A stretch of DNA of 64,000 nt from an uncultured beta proteobacterium (GTDB lineage: Bacteria; Pseudomonadota; Gammaproteobacteria; Burkholderiales; Casimicrobiaceae), in assembly GCA_963745385.1 (NCBI GenBank), contig CAVUXI010000023.1:5622-69621 (forward strand), written 5' to 3'. Position 1 is the first letter of the stretch. Each line of letters begins with the position of its first letter. The translations under genes were made by a program, and so were the position numbers. Positions 18,559 to 28,620 of this stretch are shown in pieces. The notes beneath the pieces are model-generated. The model was not told where the DNA came from and made no database searches. It saw only the letters and a list, made by a program, of their open reading frames with translations.

Positions 18559-19733
18559 CTAGCGCATGTTGCCGGTGTGCCCCAGCGAGTAGCGTCCCGG
18601 CTGGGGCCAGACCGCCAGACCGTGCGGCTCCTTGCCGACGGGAATGCTTCTGAACTGGCCGCTGGCGGTATCGATCGCGTAGACCACGTCATCGAAGCGG
18701 CCGGCAAGCCACAGCGTCTTTCCGTCCGCGCTGACGTTGCCCATGTCGGGGCTTCCTCCGCCGGGAACAGGCCACGTCGCCTCGACCTTGCGCGTGGCGA
18801 AGTCCACCACCGAGACGCTGCCCTTGCCGTGCGGCCTGCCATGGATCTTGTTCGAGCCGCGATTCGATACGTAGAGCTTCTTGCCGTCGCGGCTGGGATA
18901 GAGGCCGTGCGTGCCCACGCCGGTCGCGATGAACGCGACCTCCTTGAACGTATCGCCGTCGATGACGAAGACGCCGTCGGCCATCATGTCCGCGACGTAG
19001 AACAGCTTGCCGTCCGGAGAGACGCGGATGTCCTGCGGCATGCCGCCTTTGGAGAGCTTCAGATAGCCGACCACTTTTCGCTCGACCAGGTCGATCTTGA
19101 CCAGGCGCTTTGTCGAATTCGCAGGTGAAAATCGCGTAGCGGCCATCGATCGAGAAGTCCGCGTGGTTGATGCCGTCGCACCGTGGCGCCTCGAGCGAGG
19201 ACTGCAGCTTCATGGTGTGCGGATCGCGAAAGTCGAGCCGCTTGTGCGCTTCGGCCACCACGATGGCCGAGTTGTCCGTCGGGCTGAAATACATGTTGTA
19301 TGGGTCGTCGACCTTGACCGGCGTCCCGGGCTTGCCGGTCTTCGGGATCGATCGGCGTCAGCGTGCCGTCGGTGCGGCCCTCCGCGTTGTTGGCCACCCA
19401 CAGTGTCTGAAGGTCCCACGAAGGAACGACGTGCTGCGGATTGATGCCGACCTTGAAACGGTCGACGACCTCATGGTCGCCGGATCGATCACGAAGACGC
19501 TCGTTCGACCGGACGTTGGGAACGTAGACGCGCGAGAGCGCGCCTGCGACTGCGGGGCTCAGGTGCCCGGCGGCGGTTTCGCTGTAGAGGTTGGTCGCAT
19601 CAATCACCGGCGGCATGCCGCGAACCGTCGTCACCGTGCGCGGTGCGGCAGGCGGCGACTGCGCAAGCGTCGGGCACGCGATGCAGAGAGCGATGGCACA
19701 AGCCAACGATTCGATATGAGGGTGTCGCTTCAC
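18559..19733 (-). pseudogene. YVTN-type beta-propeller repeat protein, multiply frameshifted (pseudogene or assembly indels)
   Basis: The coherent protein can only be read by hopping across three ORF-track frames (19059..20444, 18689..19294, 18559..19146). There is also a compensated +1/-1 pair at ~19468-19505. GTG start at 19733 with GGAG upstream and a signal peptide. Confidence 0.7.
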
Positions 19734-19783
19734 TGATGCTCCAGATGAAGATCCGAAGAACGAAGGATGGATGGAAGGGAACA

Positions 19784-20610
19784 CTATCGGCGAAGCGACG
19801 CTTTGCGGATCGCCTCGACGGTTTCGCGCGACGATCGCGTCGATCCCCAGCTGTCCCAGCTCCGCCGAGGCGCGGCGCGGATCGCCGTAGACGCCTTGCG
19901 CGCGCGTGGGGGCGGCCGTCGACTTGAGGAGATCCGTTCGTACCAAGCGCGGGTCGACGGCGAGGGTAAGCGCCGTGTCGGCGAGGCCGGCGTGCGTACC
20001 GATTTCCTCGTCGCGATAGCCGCGCGGCGAAGCGCATCCGCGTAGGATTTCTGCGTCGCGCCGTAGTATTCGACGATGGCATGCACGCGGACGGGCGTCG
20101 CTGCCCATTCGCGATTGAGTCGCTCCGCGACCGCGGATTCGTCTTTCTGGTAGCCGCCGTGATCGCCGAGAAAAACGATGTCGCGGAATCCGTGCAACTT
20201 GAAGCTTCGCGCCGCATATTCCAGAACGCTCTCGAATGTGGCGTCGGGCACGGTGATGGTGCCGGGAAAGCGCATATGCGCGCTGGGCGGATCGACGCTG
20301 CCTTCGGGAACGTAGGCGATGACCGGCGCGACCAGCGCGTTCGCCCAGCATGCGGGCGATCTTCTCCGCCAGCACCATGGCGCGCACGTTGTGCTTGCCG
20401 AGCGCCATATGCGGGCCGCTTTGCTCGGTTCCGCCTATCGGCACGATGACGATGGTCTTGCCGGCTCGGATCTGATCCGAGCTCGGTCCAGGTCAGGTCG
20501 TCGATCAGAACGGACGGTGGGACCTCCGCGCACACAGCCGCGCTCGTAAACAGCGTAAGCAGCAGGATCCGGATGGTCGCTCTCAGGATGGTCGCTCTCA
20601 TCGTGCGCAT
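19784..20610 (-). pseudogene. Creatininase (creatinine amidohydrolase) family protein, multiply frameshifted
   Basis: Family-like segments PIGGTEQSGPHMALGKHN, RFPGTITVP...FLGDHGGY and GTHAGLADTA are spread over three frames. Confidence 0.7.
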
Positions 20611-20749
20611 CTTAGGCGATCGATGCCGATCCCTACAAGCGAGTTACAAGCTTAGAACTCAAATTAGCCGCGATGATGCTGTAAAATCGCACGTTCGCCG
20701 GGCGCTGCTTGCGTCGCGCGCTCGACATTTCTCTTACCCGGATCGACCC

Positions 20750-21837
20750 ATGCGAGTGTTCAATTTCAGCGCCGGCCCCGCGGTGCTGCCCGAAGCCCGT
20801 GCTGCGGCAGGCCGCCGCCGAAATGCTGGACTGGCATGGCAGCGGCATGTCGGTCATGGAAATGAGCCATCGCGGCAAGGAATTCATCAGCATCGCGGAC
20901 AAGGCGCGAGGCCGACCTGCGTGCGTTGCTCGCGATTCCCGCCAACTACAAGGTCTTATTCCTGCAGGGCGGCGCGATCGCCGAAAACGCCATCGTTCCG
21001 ATGAACCTGCTCGAGGACAAAACGGTCGCGGACTACGTCAACACCGGCGAATGGTCGAAGAAGTCGATCAAGGAGGCGAAGAAATATTGCACGGTCAACA
21101 TTGCCGCATCGGCAGAAGACAAGCAGTTCACCTACGTTCCCGCCGCAGCGAGACTGGCAGCTGTCGCAAGGACGCGGCGTATGTGCACGTCTGCACCAAC
21201 GAGACGATCGGCGGCGTCGAATATCAATGGACGCCCGACACCGGCGACGTGCCGCTGGTTGCGGACATGTCGTCGCATATCCTTTCGCGCGTCGATCGAC
21301 GTCGCGAAGCTACGGCGTCATCTACGGCGGGGCGCAGAAGAACATCGGCCCCGCCGGGTCTGACGCTGGTGATCGTGCGCGATGATCTGCTCGACCGCGC
21401 GCTGCCCATCACGCCGTCGGCGTTCAAGTGGAAGGAGCAGGCCGAGGCCGACTCGATGCTCAATACGCCGCCGACCTATGCGATCTACGTCGCAGGCCTG
21501 GTGTTCGAGTGGCTCAAGGCGCAGGGCGGCATTGCCGCGATGGAGAAGCAGAATATCGCCAAGGCGGCGCTCGCTCTACGATTATCTCGACCGCTCGACG
21601 TTCTACTGCAATCCGGTGCGCAAGGAGGATCGCTCGCGAATGAACGTGCCGTTCCGCCTGCGCGACGAGTCGCTCGACGAAGCGTTTCTCAAGGGCGCCA
21701 AGGAGCGCGGCATGGTGCAGCTCAAAGGACACCGCGCGGTCGGCGGCATGCGCGCGTCGATCTACAACGCGATGCCCGTCGAGGGCGTCCGGGCGCTGGT
21801 CGACTACATGAGCGAATTCGAGAAGCGCCATGGCTGA
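20750..21837 (+). pseudogene. serC: Phosphoserine aminotransferase, multiply frameshifted
   Basis: [35 protein letters not shown] and ...[10 protein letters not shown] are recognisable but spread over all three forward frames (at least six shifts). Confidence 0.75.
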
Positions 21838-23027
21838 TACCAAATACCACATCCTGACCCTCAACCAGATCTCGAGCCAGGGCCTGCATCGCTTTCCCGG
21901 CCTCGCGCTACACCGTGGGCAAGACGGTCGATCATCCCGACGCGATCCTGGTGCGTTCGCACGACATGCTCGACATGGCGATTCCGCCGAGCGTCAAGGC
22001 GATCGGCCGCGCCGGAGCGGGCACGAACAACATTCCCGTTGCCGACATGTCGAAGCGCGGCGTGCCTGTGTTCAATGCGCCCGGCGCCAACGCCAATGCA
22101 GTGAAGGAGCTGGTCTTCACCGCGTTGCTGCTGGCGGCGCGCAACGTGATGCCCGCGCTCGGCTACGTCGCGGGGCTCAAGCGCGGAGGCTCGCGACCTG
22201 GAAAAGAGGGTCGAGGACGGCAAGAAGCAATTTGCCGGCGTCGAGCTGCCAAATCGCACGCTGGGAATCATCGGGCTCGGCGCCATCGGCAGCCTCGTCG
22301 CCGACACCGCGATCAAGCTCGGGATGAAGGTGATCGGCTTCGATCCGGAGATCACCGTCGACGCGGCGTGGCGCCTGCCGTCGAGCGTGCGCAAGGCCAA
22401 CAGCATCGAGGAGCTCCTCAAGCAATCGGATTTCGTCACGCTGCACGTGCCGCTTCTGGACGTGACGCGCCACCTGATCGACGAAAAGCGCCTCGCGCTG
22501 ATGAAGCCAGGCGCGGCGCTGCTCAACTTCGCGCGCGACGCGATCGTCGACGAGGACGCGATCGTCGCGGCGCTGCGCGCGCACGCTCAAGTACTACCTG
22601 TGCGATTTTCCGAGCGCCAAGCTGCATGCGGCGAGCCGCAGTGTCGCCGCGCTTCCGCACCTGGGCGCGTCGACCGAGGAAGCCGAGGAGAACTGCGCAG
22701 TGATGGTCGTCGACCAGGTGCGCGAGTATCTCGAGAACGGCGCGATCGCCAACGCGGTCAATTTCCCCAACGTCGACATGCCGCGCGAATCGCCGTACCG
22801 GGTCGCGATCGCCAATGCCAACGTTCCCAACATGCTGGGGCAGATTTCGACGAGCGATGGCGCGTGCCGGACTCAACATCCACAACATGGTCAACAAGTC
22901 GCGCGGCGAGATGGCGTACACGCTGGTCGACGTCGACAGCCCGATCCAGCCGCCGCTCATCGATGCGATCTCTGCGATCAAGGGCGTGCTGTCGGTGCGG
23001 GCGATTCCTGTGGAAGGCGCGGCGTGA
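21830..23027 (+). pseudogene. D-3-phosphoglycerate dehydrogenase-like 2-hydroxyacid dehydrogenase with C-terminal ACT domain, frameshifted
   Basis: The ATG overlaps the serC stop. GRAGAGTNNIP, GIIGLGAIGS, a C-terminal ACT-like segment and the end ...KGVLSVRAI are read across several frames. Confidence 0.7.
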
Positions 23028-23073
23028 ATCCCGCGTGCGGCTCAATCATACGAGGCGGCATCGAGGAGGCGTC

Positions 23074-24081
23074 ATGGTGATCCGTTGCACGTCAATGCTC
23101 GTCGGGTTTCTGGCGGCCGCGCTTTCGGCGCCGGTGCAGGCGGAGCTCGGCGAGATCAACGTCGCCCAGCAGTACGGCGTGAGCTTCCTCCCGCTGATGG
23201 TGATGGAGCGCGACAAGCTGGTCGAGAAGCACGCGAAGGCCGAGGGACTCCCGGACGTCAAGGTGAACTGGGTCAAGGTCGCAGGCCCCAGCGTGATGAA
23301 CGACGGCGTGATCAGCGGCGCGATCCAGTTCATCGCCGTCGGTGCGCCATCGCTGATCACTCTGTGGGACAAGACGCAGGGCAATGTCCAGGTCAAGGGC
23401 GTTTCCGCGATGACGACCTACCCGCTCTATCTCAACGTACGCAATCCGAACATCAAGTCGGTGCGGGACTTCAGCGACAAGGACAAGATCGCGGTTCCGT
23501 CGATCAAAGTTTCGACCCAGGCGATCATGCTGCAGATGGAGGCGGCGAAAACGTTCGGAGATGCGAACTATGCAAAGCTGGACCCCTACACCGTCGGACT
23601 GTCGCACCCCGACGCGTTGCTTGCGTTGACCAACAACACCGCCGGCGTCGACGCGCATTTCACGTCCTCGCCGTTTCACGAGCAGGAGATCAAGCTTCCT
23701 GGGGTGCGCACGCTCACGACCAACTACGAGATTCTCGGCGGACCCGCAACCGCGGTCGTGATTGCCGCATCGACCAAGTACCGCGAAGCCAACCCGAAAT
23801 CGTACAAGGCGTTCTACGACGCGTTGAAGGAAGCCATCGACAGCATCAATAAGGACAAGCGTGCCGCCGCCAAGGTCTATCTCGAGCAAGCCAAGGACAC
23901 CAAGGACACGGTGGATGACATCTACGGCATGATCAGCGCGCCCAACTACGCCTACACACTCACGCCGCAGAAAGTCGGCAAGACGGCGGATTTCATGCAC
24001 AAGATCGGCGCTATCAAGACCAAGCCGGCTTCGTGGAAAGACCTTTTCTTCCCCGAGGTGCAGGCGCTGCCCGGCGACTGA
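23074..24081 (+). CDS. ABC transporter periplasmic substrate-binding protein (NMT1/NitT/TauT-like)
   Basis: ATG with GAGGAGG upstream and a signal peptide. The ORF-track entry 22324..24081 is an artefactual upstream extension in the same frame. Confidence 0.75.
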   Translation: MVIRCTSMLVGFLAAALSAPVQAELGEINVAQQYGVSFLPLMVMERDKLVEKHAKAEGLPDVKVNWVKVAGPSVMNDGVISGAIQFIAVGAPSLITLWDKTQGNVQVKGVSAMTTYPLYLNVRNPNIKSVRDFSDKDKIAVPSIKVSTQAIMLQMEAAKTFGDANYAKLDPYTVGLSHPDALLALTNNTAGVDAHFTSSPFHEQEIKLPGVRTLTTNYEILGGPATAVVIAASTKYREANPKSYKAFYDALKEAIDSINKDKRAAAKVYLEQAKDTKDTVDDIYGMISAPNYAYTLTPQKVGKTADFMHKIGAIKTKPASWKDLFFPEVQALPGD

Positions 24082-24105
24082 CCGGCGCGTGGCTTCAGGC
24101 GTCCG

Positions 24106-25443
24106 ATGCGGATTCGCATAGGCAGCGGTGCGGGATTTTCGGGCGACAGGCTGGAGCCCGCGGTCATCCTTGCGGAGCAGGGCGACCTCGACTACCTGGC
24201 GCTCGAATGTCTCGCCGAGCGCACGATCGCGCTCGCCCAGCTTCGCAGAAGGGCCGATCCGGCGCAGGGTTATGATCCGCTGCTCAAGCGGCGGGTGGAG
24301 ATGCTGCTGCCCGTCCTCAAGCGTCGAGGCGTTCGCCTGATCAGCAACTTCGGCGCAGCGAACCCGCTTGCGGGGGCCGACGTCATTCTGGGTGTCGCGC
24401 GGCAGCTGGGCCTGCCGGTCAAGGTTGCCGTCGTGACAGGCGACGACGTGCTGGAAAAAATCGAGCGCGATCAGATGACGCTCGAGTCAGGCCGGCCGCT
24501 CTCGAGCTACGGCCCGCTGGTTTCCGCCAACGCGTATCTCGGCGCGGACGCCATCCTTCCGGCACTCGAGACCGGCGCGGATGTCGTCATCACGGGGCGT
24601 GTCGCCGACCCTTCGCTCTTCGTCGCGCCTATCGCACATCATTTCGGCTGGCGGCCGGATGAGCTCGATCGCCTCGCGCGCGCAACCGTCGTCGGTCATC
24701 TGCTCGAATGCGCCGGACAAGTCTCCGGTGGATACTTCGCCGACCCGGGCATCAAGGACATACCCGACATGGCGCATCTTGGTTTCCCGTTCGCCGATGT
24801 CGATGAGGAAGGCAATGCCGAGATCGGCAAGGTCGAAGGGACCGGGGGCGCGATCACGCTAGCGACGGTCAAGGAACAGCTTCTCTACGAAGCGAGCAAT
24901 CCCGGGGCGTATATCACGCCGGACGTGATCGCCGATTTCCGCGGGGTGACCCTGCGCCAGACCGCGCGCGACCGTGTCGCGGTCGAAGGCGGCCGCGCCA
25001 ACGGAAAGTCGCCCACGCTCAAGATCAGCGTCGGCTACCTTGCAGGCTACCTCGGCGAAGGCGAGATCAGCTACGCGGGCCGCAACGCGCTCGCGCGGGC
25101 AAAGCTTGCCGCCGAGATCATGCGCGAACGCTTGAGCGATTTATTCGAGGAGCTGCGCATCGACTATATCGGAAGTACATCGTCGCACCGCCGTTCTTTC
25201 GACGCCGCCGAGAACCCTTACGAAATCCGCCTGCGGGTCGCGGCGCGCGCAGCGACGGCCGAGCAGGCGTCGCTGATCGGTGAGGAAGTCGAAGCGCTGT
25301 ATTTGAACGGTCCCGCGGGAGGCGGCGGGGCGCGGAAGCGCGTCACCGAGCAGGTCGGCATCGTTTCGACGCTGCTCGAACGCGCCGCCGTCACGCCGAG
25401 CGTCACCATCAAGGAATGGAAACATGAGCCGGCGGCTGTATGA
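24106..25443 (+). CDS. DUF1446 / AtuA-like (acyclic terpene utilisation) family protein
   Basis: 445 aa. N-terminus RIGSGAGFSGDRLEPAV...DYLALECLAERT is typical of the AtuA family as I recall it. Confidence 0.75.
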   Translation: MRIRIGSGAGFSGDRLEPAVILAEQGDLDYLALECLAERTIALAQLRRRADPAQGYDPLLKRRVEMLLPVLKRRGVRLISNFGAANPLAGADVILGVARQLGLPVKVAVVTGDDVLEKIERDQMTLESGRPLSSYGPLVSANAYLGADAILPALETGADVVITGRVADPSLFVAPIAHHFGWRPDELDRLARATVVGHLLECAGQVSGGYFADPGIKDIPDMAHLGFPFADVDEEGNAEIGKVEGTGGAITLATVKEQLLYEASNPGAYITPDVIADFRGVTLRQTARDRVAVEGGRANGKSPTLKISVGYLAGYLGEGEISYAGRNALARAKLAAEIMRERLSDLFEELRIDYIGSTSSHRRSFDAAENPYEIRLRVAARAATAEQASLIGEEVEALYLNGPAGGGGARKRVTEQVGIVSTLLERAAVTPSVTIKEWKHEPAAV

Positions 25444-25729
25444 CCTCGCGCACTGTCGCGCGGGCGACAAGGGCGACACGTCGATCCTGTCGCTGATCGC
25501 CTATCGCGCCGAGGATTATCCGCTGCTCGTCGAACGCGTTACGGTCGAAGCGGTTTCGCGGCACCTCGCGGGAATCGTCGCGGGAGAGATACGGCGCTAC
25601 GAAATGCCGAAGCTCGGCGCCCTGCAGTTCGTCTGCGAGCGCGCACTCAACGGCGGCGTCACGACGTCGCTGGCCCTCGACGCCCACGGCAAGTCGCTTT
25701 CCTACGCGTTGCTGGAAATGACGATTTAG
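25424..25729 (+). CDS. Small partner protein of DUF1446 (DUF4387/AtuA C-terminal-like)
   Basis: 101 aa, overlapping the upstream gene by 20 nt. The CRAGDKGD motif and the gene pairing are remembered from other genomes. Confidence 0.55.
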   Translation: MSRRLYDLAHCRAGDKGDTSILSLIAYRAEDYPLLVERVTVEAVSRHLAGIVAGEIRRYEMPKLGALQFVCERALNGGVTTSLALDAHGKSLSYALLEMTI

Positions 25730-25900
25730 TGTGGTGTTCCGCAACTAACTTGATAAAGTCCGTTCGGCCTGAGCTTGTCGAAGGGAGCTTGTCGAAGGCC
25801 GGTCTGCGGAGCCGTTCATGGTTTCTTTCGGCAAGCTCGGGACAGGCTAGCTCACCACGAACGGCTGAAAGTAATGCGAGCTATTAGCGGAATGCCACAC
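25729..25900. repeat. REP-B copy 1 (172 bp, TIR-bounded structured intergenic repeat)
   Basis: Ends GTGTGGTGTTCCGC ... GCGGAATGCCACAC. Core is CCGTTCGGCC.GAGC.TGTCGAAGG...GAGCCGTTCATGGTT...CTCACCACGAACGGCTGAAAGTAATG. Second copy at 53197-53334. This copy carries internal duplications. Confidence 0.75.
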
Positions 25901-25989
25901 TCGCTCGCGTTCCCGCGCACGGCCGGCTCATCGCGCCAGTCGCATCCCGAGCTCGCCCTTCCCGCGCGGCGGATGAATGCCTTTCGCTG

Positions 25990-26925
25990 TCAGACGACGC
26001 TTTGCCTGAGCCGCATTTGGCCCGGCAATGGCACGGCGCGACGAAGCACATCTTCGGCAAGCCAGATAGCAGACTGGCGCGCGCGGGCGGCGACGGTCGG
26101 CAGCGGCATCTGCTGGTAGTCGTCGTTGAATACCTCGAAGCTGTAGTCTCCGCGATAGCCGATGCGCTCAAGCCGCAACACGAGATCGGCCAAGGCGCTG
26201 CTGTGAACGCCTTCACCGGGGAAGACGCGGAAATGCCGAGCCGTTGCGATTCGCTCTTCGATCGTGCGAATTTCCTGCCACATGAAGTCGGCAAGCTGTA
26301 CCAGAAAGATCTTGTCGGGGTCGAGGAAATCCAGCTCGTCGAGCGGGGTCTTGGCGGCAAAGATATGATACGAGTCGAGGCCAATCCCGAGATTGGGCGC
26401 ATTGGCTTGGCGCACGAGCTCCCACGCGGTGGTGAATTCGTTGATCGTCCGTCCCCACGACAGACCCTCGTACGCAACCTTGATGCCCAGCGGCAGCGCC
26501 AGCATCGCGAGCTTCCGCAGATCGCCGGCCATCGCATCTGCATCGTCCGTTGCATGGGTGGACGTCGACGAGCACACGAGCAGCACTTTCGCGCCGACCG
26601 CGTGGCACATCTCGAGCATCGACTTCGCGACATCGACCTTATAGTCGTGCAGATGCCCGGACAGCCCTTCGAAGTCGCGCAATACCTGAAAGCCGGTGAC
26701 GCGCAGCCCGCTGGCGCGAACAACATGCGCGGCGCTTTCGAGGCCGTCGGCGTGGCCGATCACGTCACGTGCCGACAGCATGATCTGCGAGAAACCGGCA
26801 TTCTGCACGGCGGCAAGCTTCGCGGGCAACGTGCCGGCCAGCGAGATCGTATCCATTCCGAAGTCGAGGATGTTGGGAAGCGGTCCGGTCAAACCCGCTT
26901 CCGTTTCGCGGTCACGAGCGTTCAT
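25990..26925 (-). CDS. Xylose-isomerase-like TIM-barrel protein resembling the 3-dehydroshikimate dehydratase domain of QuiC1-type enzymes
   Basis: 311 aa sugar-phosphate isomerase/epimerase fold. Overlaps the HPPD-like gene by 14 nt. The surrounding context is hydroaromatic and protocatechuate catabolism. Confidence 0.65.
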   Translation of the reverse strand: MNARDRETEAGLTGPLPNILDFGMDTISLAGTLPAKLAAVQNAGFSQIMLSARDVIGHADGLESAAHVVRASGLRVTGFQVLRDFEGLSGHLHDYKVDVAKSMLEMCHAVGAKVLLVCSSTSTHATDDADAMAGDLRKLAMLALPLGIKVAYEGLSWGRTINEFTTAWELVRQANAPNLGIGLDSYHIFAAKTPLDELDFLDPDKIFLVQLADFMWQEIRTIEERIATARHFRVFPGEGVHSSALADLVLRLERIGYRGDYSFEVFNDDYQQMPLPTVAARARQSAIWLAEDVLRRAVPLPGQMRLRQSVV

Positions 26926-27850
26926 CGTGCACCAGTTCGAACATGACCCCGCCGAGATAACTTTGGGTGAGCGCGCCTCGAGGCCCGGGATGCACGTCCT
27001 GCGACTCGACGAAACTCACGCCGCGCTCCTTCAATGTCGCGACGGTCTTGAGCACGTCCGGCGCCCCAAGTCCGATGCGTTGCAGCATCTCCACGGGTTC
27101 AGGATCGAATATGCCGGGCTTGGGGTCGATCAGCTGCAGGTGGAAGCTGCGGCACGCGCTTTCCAGGATGCGTCCTTTGGGAAGGATCCCGTAGCGCTGT
27201 TCGTCCGGAAGGACCCTGAAGCCGAATAGCTCGGTGTAGAACTCGATCCAGTCCACCATCCGGTCGCTGCCGATGTATTGAACGATGCCGAACCAGTGCA
27301 AGCCGGTGAGCGCCGGCGGATGGCGATCGACGCCCGGATTGGGTATGAAATCGACATCGTAGATCGAGAATTCCCGATAGCGGTCGACGAAGTAGATGCG
27401 GCTCGCTCCCACGCCGTGGATCGCGGGGATATTGAGTTCCATCACCTCCACCTGGGAAGGCACGATCCAGGCACCGCGGTCGATCGCGTATCGGTACGCC
27501 GCCGCGGCGTCGCGCACGCGCAGCGCGATCGCTGCGATCGTCGGGGTCTCAGCGGGTTTGACCGCGCGTGGCTGGTCCCCCGAATGGGCGTTGACAATGA
27601 CGTTCATGTCGCCCTGCCGGTAGAGCAACACCTCGCGCGAGCGGTGGCGTGCGATCGGGCGGAAGCCCATCATCTCCAGGACCTGGCCCAACGCCTGCGG
27701 CTTGCTGGTGGAGTACTCGATGAACTCGATACCGTCCATCGCTAAGGGATTCTCAGCGACCGGGGTCAGTTCACGTTGAGTGAGCGTAGTCATGTGTTCT
27801 CGTGCGCAGCGGCTGATTCGATCGGCAATTACGGATTCTATCAGCGTCAC
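26912..27850 (-). CDS. 4-hydroxyphenylpyruvate dioxygenase-like VOC-fold protein
   Basis: Two VOC modules (GIEFIEY..., HWFGIVQY...). A more likely ATG is at 27793. Confidence 0.7.
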   Translation of the reverse strand: MTLIESVIADRISRCAREHMTTLTQRELTPVAENPLAMDGIEFIEYSTSKPQALGQVLEMMGFRPIARHRSREVLLYRQGDMNVIVNAHSGDQPRAVKPAETPTIAAIALRVRDAAAAYRYAIDRGAWIVPSQVEVMELNIPAIHGVGASRIYFVDRYREFSIYDVDFIPNPGVDRHPPALTGLHWFGIVQYIGSDRMVDWIEFYTELFGFRVLPDEQRYGILPKGRILESACRSFHLQLIDPKPGIFDPEPVEMLQRIGLGAPDVLKTVATLKERGVSFVESQDVHPGPRGALTQSYLGGVMFELVHDERS

Positions 27851-27861
27851 CGGCCCTGACG

Positions 27862-28608
27862 TTAGAACGAAGCGCTCGCTGCGCTGGGCGCATGACCGCC
27901 GAGAAAAAGGCGGTTGAGATTCGGATCCTGCAGCAGTTCGGACGCGGGACGGTCGAGCGCCAGACGCCCCATCTCCAGCACCAACGCGCGGTTGGCATAT
28001 TTGAGGGCCGTACGTACATTCTGCTCGACCATCAGCACTGTTACGCCACTGTCGGCCAAGCCGCGCAGTAACGTCATCACCTCCTGCACAAGCTTGGGCG
28101 AAAGACCGATCGACGGCTCGTCGATCAGGAGCACCCGAGGACGAAGCAGAAGCGCGCGGCCGACTTCAAGCTGCTTCTGCTCACCTCCCGACATTGTGGA
28201 CGCCTGGTTGTCGAGACGCTCCCTTATGCGTGGAAAGCGCCGCAGCACTTCCTCGATGCGCCCGGGCAACTCGGCGCGCGGCAGCGTGATGCCGCCCAGT
28301 TCGAGGTTGTGCCGCACCGACAGCGATCCGAACAGATTGCGGCCTTGCGGAACGAAGGCGATCCCGTCGGCGAGCAGCTCGCGCTGCGATTTTCCGTTGA
28401 TGTTCCTGCCTTCGAAGCGCACTTCGCCCGAACGCGGCGTCAGCAACCCGAACAGCGTCTTCAGCACGGTCGACTTTCCGGCGCCGTTGAGGCCGATCAG
28501 CAGCGTGATCTCGCCTTTGCGTGCATCGAGTGTCGTTTCGTTGAGGATCGTGAGGCTCGGCGAATACCCGGCGACGACCCTGTCGAACTCGATGATCTTT
28601 TCGCTCAT
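27862..28608 (-). CDS. livF: Branched-chain amino acid-type ABC transporter ATP-binding protein
   Basis: Walker A GLNGAGKST, signature MSGGEQKQL, Walker B LLLIDEPS. Confidence 0.85.
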   Translation of the reverse strand: MSEKIIEFDRVVAGYSPSLTILNETTLDARKGEITLLIGLNGAGKSTVLKTLFGLLTPRSGEVRFEGRNINGKSQRELLADGIAFVPQGRNLFGSLSVRHNLELGGITLPRAELPGRIEEVLRRFPRIRERLDNQASTMSGGEQKQLEVGRALLLRPRVLLIDEPSIGLSPKLVQEVMTLLRGLADSGVTVLMVEQNVRTALKYANRALVLEMGRLALDRPASELLQDPNLNRLFLGGHAPSAASASF

Positions 28609-28620
28609 GACCGGCCGGCT

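Noticed and set aside
19059-20444. 461-aa ORF as a real protein
   Set aside because: It is a chimera. It passes through parts of two different frameshifted genes (creatininase and beta-propeller), and only short segments are in their correct frames.
22324-24081. 585-aa ORF as a single protein
   Set aside because: The N-terminal 250 aa are read-through of the frameshifted dehydrogenase region. The real gene is the SBP starting at the ATG at 23074, which has a GAGGAGG RBS and a signal peptide.
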